This document shows positions 36,911 through 40,392 of a stretch of 40,392 nt of DNA, piece by piece (position 1 is the first letter of the stretch; each line of letters starts with the position of its first letter). The notes under the pieces are model-generated. The model made no database searches. It had not been told where the DNA came from and saw nothing but the letters and a program-made list of their open reading frames with translations. The DNA comes from a virus (lineage: Duplodnaviria > Heunggongvirae > Uroviricota > Caudoviricetes). Both the position numbers and the translations under genes were made by a program. The DNA lies in the IMG/VR virus record IMGVR_UViG_2617271049_000009, positions 1-40,392 of that record, one strand, 5' to 3'.

Positions 36911-37263
36911 ATGTTTTCGAAATGGAAGGGTTTCTTCGTGGGAGATGTGTACCGCGAGATCTGAAAGTAAATGAAACAGATGCTGAATACCTGGTGCGTA
37001 AATTCGATGCGCTTGAAGCTAAATGTGCAGCACAGGAAAACAAAGTAATACCAGTGTCAACTGAACTGCCACCAGCAAATGAAAGTGTTTTGTTATTCGA
37101 TGCTAACGGAGAAGGCTGGCTAATTGGCTGGCGTTCTCTCTGGTACACCTGGGGACAAAAAGAAACCGGAGAATGGCAGTGGACATTTCAGGTCGGGGAC
37201 CTTGAAAACGTCAATATCACTCACTGGGCAGTAATGCCAAAAGCACCGGAGGCTGGAGCATAA
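36901..37263 (+). CDS. hypothetical protein (120 aa), YfdS-like
   Basis: ATG overlapping the upstream gene's 3' end; Trp-rich C-terminal part. Confidence 0.5.
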   Translation: MRMNVFEMEGFLRGRCVPRDLKVNETDAEYLVRKFDALEAKCAAQENKVIPVSTELPPANESVLLFDANGEGWLIGWRSLWYTWGQKETGEWQWTFQVGDLENVNITHWAVMPKAPEAGA

Positions 37264-37568
37264 TGACCACTTTTACCGACAAAGAACTGATTAAAGAAAT
37301 TAAAGAGCGTATCAGCAGCCTTGACGTGCGAGACGATATTGAGCGCCGTGCTTATGAAATCGCACTCCTATCTCTGGAAGTAGAACCAGATGAACGCGAA
37401 ACTTATGAATTATTCATGGAAAAGCGTTTCGGTGACTTAGTAGATCGTCGGAGAGCAAAAAACGGCGATAACGAATACATGGCATGGGATATGACTCTCG
37501 GTTGGATCGTCTGGCAGCAACGAGCTGGTATCCATTTTTCAACAATGTCACAGCAAGAGGTGAAATAA
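37263..37568 (+). CDS. hypothetical protein (101 aa), YfdT-like
   Basis: ATG overlapping the upstream stop (TAATG); followed directly by the excisionase gene. Confidence 0.5.
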   Translation: MTTFTDKELIKEIKERISSLDVRDDIERRAYEIALLSLEVEPDERETYELFMEKRFGDLVDRRRAKNGDNEYMAWDMTLGWIVWQQRAGIHFSTMSQQEVK

Positions 37569-37778
37569 TGGAGCCATACAGCCTCACACTCGATGAGGCC
37601 TGTCATTTTCTCAAGATATCCAGACCGACTGCCATTAACTGGATACGCACAGGGCGTCTTCAGGCAACACGCAAAGATCCCACTAAGAATAAATCTCCTT
37701 ACCTCACAACACGACAAGCCTGCATTGCGGCTCTTCAGTCTCCGCTGCATACTGTCCAGGTGAGCGCGGGTGATGGCA
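37568..37778 (+). CDS. xis: excisionase / AlpA-like DNA-binding protein; 3' end lost in N gap 37779..37788
   Basis: ATG with GAGGTG SD; HTH-like segment LKISRPTAINWIRTGRL; immediately upstream of the integrase. Confidence 0.65.
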
Positions 37779-37788
37779 NNNNNNNNNN

Positions 37789-38934
37789 GGTGAAATATGG
37801 TACGCCAGTTTCACATTGCCGAACGGTAAAAGATTTAAACAGTCTCTTGGAACAAAGGACAAAAGGCAGGCGACAGAACTCCATGACAAGCTAAAGGCTG
37901 AAGCATGGCGGGTCAGCAAACTTGGTGAAATACCTGATATAACGTTCGAGGAAGCGTGTGTCAGGTGGCTTGAAGAGAAAGCACATAAAAAATCACTGGA
38001 CGATGACAAAAGCCGGATCGGATTCTGGCTTCAACATTTCGCAGGAATGCAACTAAGAGACATTACTGAATCAAAAATTTATTCAGCAATGCAGAAAATG
38101 ACGAACCGGCGTCATGAGGAAAACTGGAAACTCAGGGCAGAAGCATGCAGAAAAAAAGGGAAACCTGTTCCAGAATACACGCCAAAACCAGCGTCCGTTG
38201 CAACGAAGGCTACGCATCTTTCATTTATAAAGGCCCTACTAAGAGCCGCAGAGCGTGAATGGAAAATGCTGGATAAGGCACCAATTATTAAAGTGCCTCA
38301 ACCAAAGAATAAACGGATCCGCTGGCTGGAGCCCCATGAAGCACAAAGGCTGATTGATGAATGTCCGGAGCCATTAAAGTCTGTTGTTGAATTTGCACTG
38401 GCAACAGGCTTAAGACGCTCGAACATCATCAACCTTGAATGGCAACAAATAGATATGCAGCGCCGGGTGGCATGGATAAACCCGGAAGAGAGTAAATCAA
38501 ACCGCGCAATTGGCGTTGCGCTGAATGATACTGCATGTCGCGTTTTGAAAAAACAAATCGGGAATCATCACCGTTGGGTATTTGTGTACAAGGAAAGCTG
38601 TACCAAACCAGACGGAACGAAAGCGCCAACAGTAAGGAAGATGCGGTATGACGCAAACACAGCCTGGAAAGCGGCGCTGAGACGGGCTGGTATTGATGAT
38701 TTCAGATTTCACGACTTGAGACACACCTGGGCAAGTTGGCTGGTTCAAGCCGGAGTCCCGTTGTCAGTGTTACAGGAAATGGGAGGCTGGGAGTCTATCG
38801 AAATGGTTCGTCGATATGCTCACCTTGCACCTAATCACCTTACCGAACACGCACGGCAAATAGACTCGATCCTGAACCCATCGGTCCCAAATTCGTCCCA
38901 GTCAAAAAATAAGGAAGGTACTAATGATGTGTAA
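37789..38934 (+). CDS. int: tyrosine site-specific integrase; 5' end lost in the N gap
   Basis: Reading frame open from the gap ([16 protein letters not shown]...); C-terminal catalytic region with HDLRHTWAS...[15 protein letters not shown] (R, HxxR and Tyr motifs); ends 15 nt from the tRNA 3' end. Confidence 0.92.
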   Translation, partial: GEIWYASFTLPNGKRFKQSLGTKDKRQATELHDKLKAEAWRVSKLGEIPDITFEEACVRWLEEKAHKKSLDDDKSRIGFWLQHFAGMQLRDITESKIYSAMQKMTNRRHEENWKLRAEACRKKGKPVPEYTPKPASVATKATHLSFIKALLRAAEREWKMLDKAPIIKVPQPKNKRIRWLEPHEAQRLIDECPEPLKSVVEFALATGLRRSNIINLEWQQIDMQRRVAWINPEESKSNRAIGVALNDTACRVLKKQIGNHHRWVFVYKESCTKPDGTKAPTVRKMRYDANTAWKAALRRAGIDDFRFHDLRHTWASWLVQAGVPLSVLQEMGGWESIEMVRRYAHLAPNHLTEHARQIDSILNPSVPNSSQSKNKEGTNDV

Positions 38935-38948
38935 CTTATTGATTTAAA

Positions 38949-39024
38949 TGGTGCCGATAATAGGAGTCGAACCTACGACCTTCGCATTACGAATGCGCTG
39001 CTCTACCAACTGAGCTATATCGGC
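38949..39024 (-). tRNA. thrW: tRNA-Thr (anticodon CGT), phage attachment site
   Basis: Reverse complement reads GCCGATATAGCTCAGTTGGTAGAGCAGCGCATTCGTAATGCGAAGGTCGTAGGTTCGACTCCTATTATCGGCACCA, a 76-nt cloverleaf with CGT anticodon and encoded CCA. Confidence 0.9.
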
Positions 39025-39138
39025 CCTGAAAGGACATGTTCACGAACGTGAATCACGGTGGACAAGGTTAAAACTAACCGGGCGATGCGTCAATGGCCTT
39101 GTGAATCAAATGGCTACTTTTGCATCACCCGGTTTTAT

Positions 39139-40392
39139 TTACGCACGAATGGTGTAATCACCAATGCCGATCCACTTGTAAGTGGTCAGTGCTTCCAGCC
39201 CCATTGGGCCACGCGCGTGGAGTTTTTGTGTGCTTACCGCCACTTCCGCACCCAGTCCAAACTGGCCGCCGTCGGTAAAACGCGTAGAGGCGTTAACGTA
39301 AACAGCGGACGAATCCACTTCGTTAACAAAACGCTGGGCGTTGCGCATATCGCGGGTCAGGATCGCATCGGAGTGTTGTGTGCCGTGTTCACGAATATGG
39401 GCGATGGCATCGTCAAGATCGCTGACGATTTTGACGTTCAAATCTAATGACAGAAACTCATCGTCATACTCTTCGGCTTTAACCGCCACCACCTTCGCAG
39501 GGCCTGTCTGCAACTGCGCCAGCGCAGCTGCATCTGCGTGTAATGTCACGCCGCTTTCCGCCATTTGTTTGCTTAATACGGGCAGGAAGCTATCGGCGAT
39601 GTTTTTATTCACCAGCAACGTTTCTACCGTATTACATGTGCTCGGACGCTGAGTTTTCGCGTTGACGATCACTTTTAATGCTTCAGCGATCTCTGCACTT
39701 TCATCAACGTAAATATGGCATACGCCTATACCACCTGTGATCACCGGGATCGTCGACTGTTCGCGGCACAGTTTATGCAAACCAGCCCCGCCGCGCGGGA
39801 TCAGCATGTCGATGTATTTATCCATACGCAGCATTTCACTGACCAGCGCACGGTCAGGATTATCAATCGCCTGCACGGCACCCGCCGGTAAGCCACAGGA
39901 TTTCAGGGCGTCCTGAATCACCGCCACCGTTGCCGCGTTAGTGCGACAGGTTTCTTTGCCACCACGCAGGATCACCGCATTACCGGTTTTCAGGCACAGC
40001 GAAGCGACATCAACCGTCACGTTCGGGCGCGCTTCATAAATCACGCCAATAACCCCCAGCGGTACGCGACGACGCTCAAGACGCAGGCCGCTGTCCAGTA
40101 CGCCGCCATCGATTACCTGCCCCACCGGATCGGCGAGGTTGCACACCTGGCGCACATCATCGGCAATGCCTTTCAGCCGTGCGGGCGTCAGTGCCAGACG
40201 GTCAAGCATCGCTTCGCTAAGGCCATTGGCTCGCGCGTCAGCAACATCCTGAGCGTTAGCGTTGAGGATGATTTCGCTTTGTGCTTCCAGTTCATCGGCG
40301 ATTTTTTCCAGCACGCGATTTTTTTCGCAGCTGGAGAGTTGCGCTAATTTATACGAGGCTTGCTTCGCGGCAATGCCCATTTGTTCCAGCAT
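39139..40392 (-). CDS. proA: gamma-glutamyl phosphate reductase (host gene, complete 417 aa, start at window edge)
   Basis: Translation recognised as E. coli-type ProA ([21 protein letters not shown]...); ATG at 40392..40390, stop at 39139. Confidence 0.93.
   Translation of the reverse strand: MLEQMGIAAKQASYKLAQLSSCEKNRVLEKIADELEAQSEIILNANAQDVADARANGLSEAMLDRLALTPARLKGIADDVRQVCNLADPVGQVIDGGVLDSGLRLERRRVPLGVIGVIYEARPNVTVDVASLCLKTGNAVILRGGKETCRTNAATVAVIQDALKSCGLPAGAVQAIDNPDRALVSEMLRMDKYIDMLIPRGGAGLHKLCREQSTIPVITGGIGVCHIYVDESAEIAEALKVIVNAKTQRPSTCNTVETLLVNKNIADSFLPVLSKQMAESGVTLHADAAALAQLQTGPAKVVAVKAEEYDDEFLSLDLNVKIVSDLDDAIAHIREHGTQHSDAILTRDMRNAQRFVNEVDSSAVYVNASTRFTDGGQFGLGAEVAVSTQKLHARGPMGLEALTTYKWIGIGDYTIRA

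Noticed and set aside
39058-39652. Plus-strand ORFs of 129 and 103 aa near the right end
   Set aside because: They lie entirely antisense within the well-supported proA gene.

Overview
The window is the integrase-proximal ~39 kb of an intact-looking temperate phage inserted at tRNA-Thr (thrW, 38949..39024, minus strand) beside host proA (39139..40392), an Escherichia/Shigella-type context. Reading right to left from the tRNA: tyrosine integrase and excisionase (+ strand); a block of small + strand genes I recall as resembling CPS-53 yfdP-Q-R-S-T; the immunity region (CI repressor, divergent Cro, CII-like); a replication initiator with internal iterons; a PerC-like gene, Dam-type methyltransferase, RusA, KilA-N protein, DUF968 protein and antiterminator Q; a lysis cassette (two holin-like proteins, endolysin, Rz/Rz1); HNH endonuclease, small and large terminase, portal, prohead protease and HK97-type major capsid; a Mu/e14-like contractile tail (sheath, tube, frameshifted chaperone, tape measure, DNA-circulation protein, baseplate); and an e14-type invertible tail-fibre segment with a Pin/Gin/Hin serine invertase (3506..4060). 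All assignments are from reading the translations and gene order; no database search was run. Cargo candidates sit at four classic moron positions: left of the invertase (a 502-aa predicted winged-helix plus PD-(D/E)xK-like protein, where e14 carries mcrA, and an AT-rich membrane two-gene operon at 1..998); between Q and the holin (a 198-aa membrane protein bracketed by two terminators); just downstream of cI (a convergent small-gene pair); and beside it a ~470-bp GC-rich non-coding stretch with a perfect 15-bp inverted repeat. A 28-nt segment at 1197..1224 matches the tmRNA (ssrA) 3' terminus as I recall it, suggesting a relic att site. Four runs of exactly 10 N (4966-4975, 6016-6025, 10917-10926, 37779-37788) interrupt genes and leave frames across them unresolved. 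No CRISPR array was seen, and thrW is the only RNA gene I could support.
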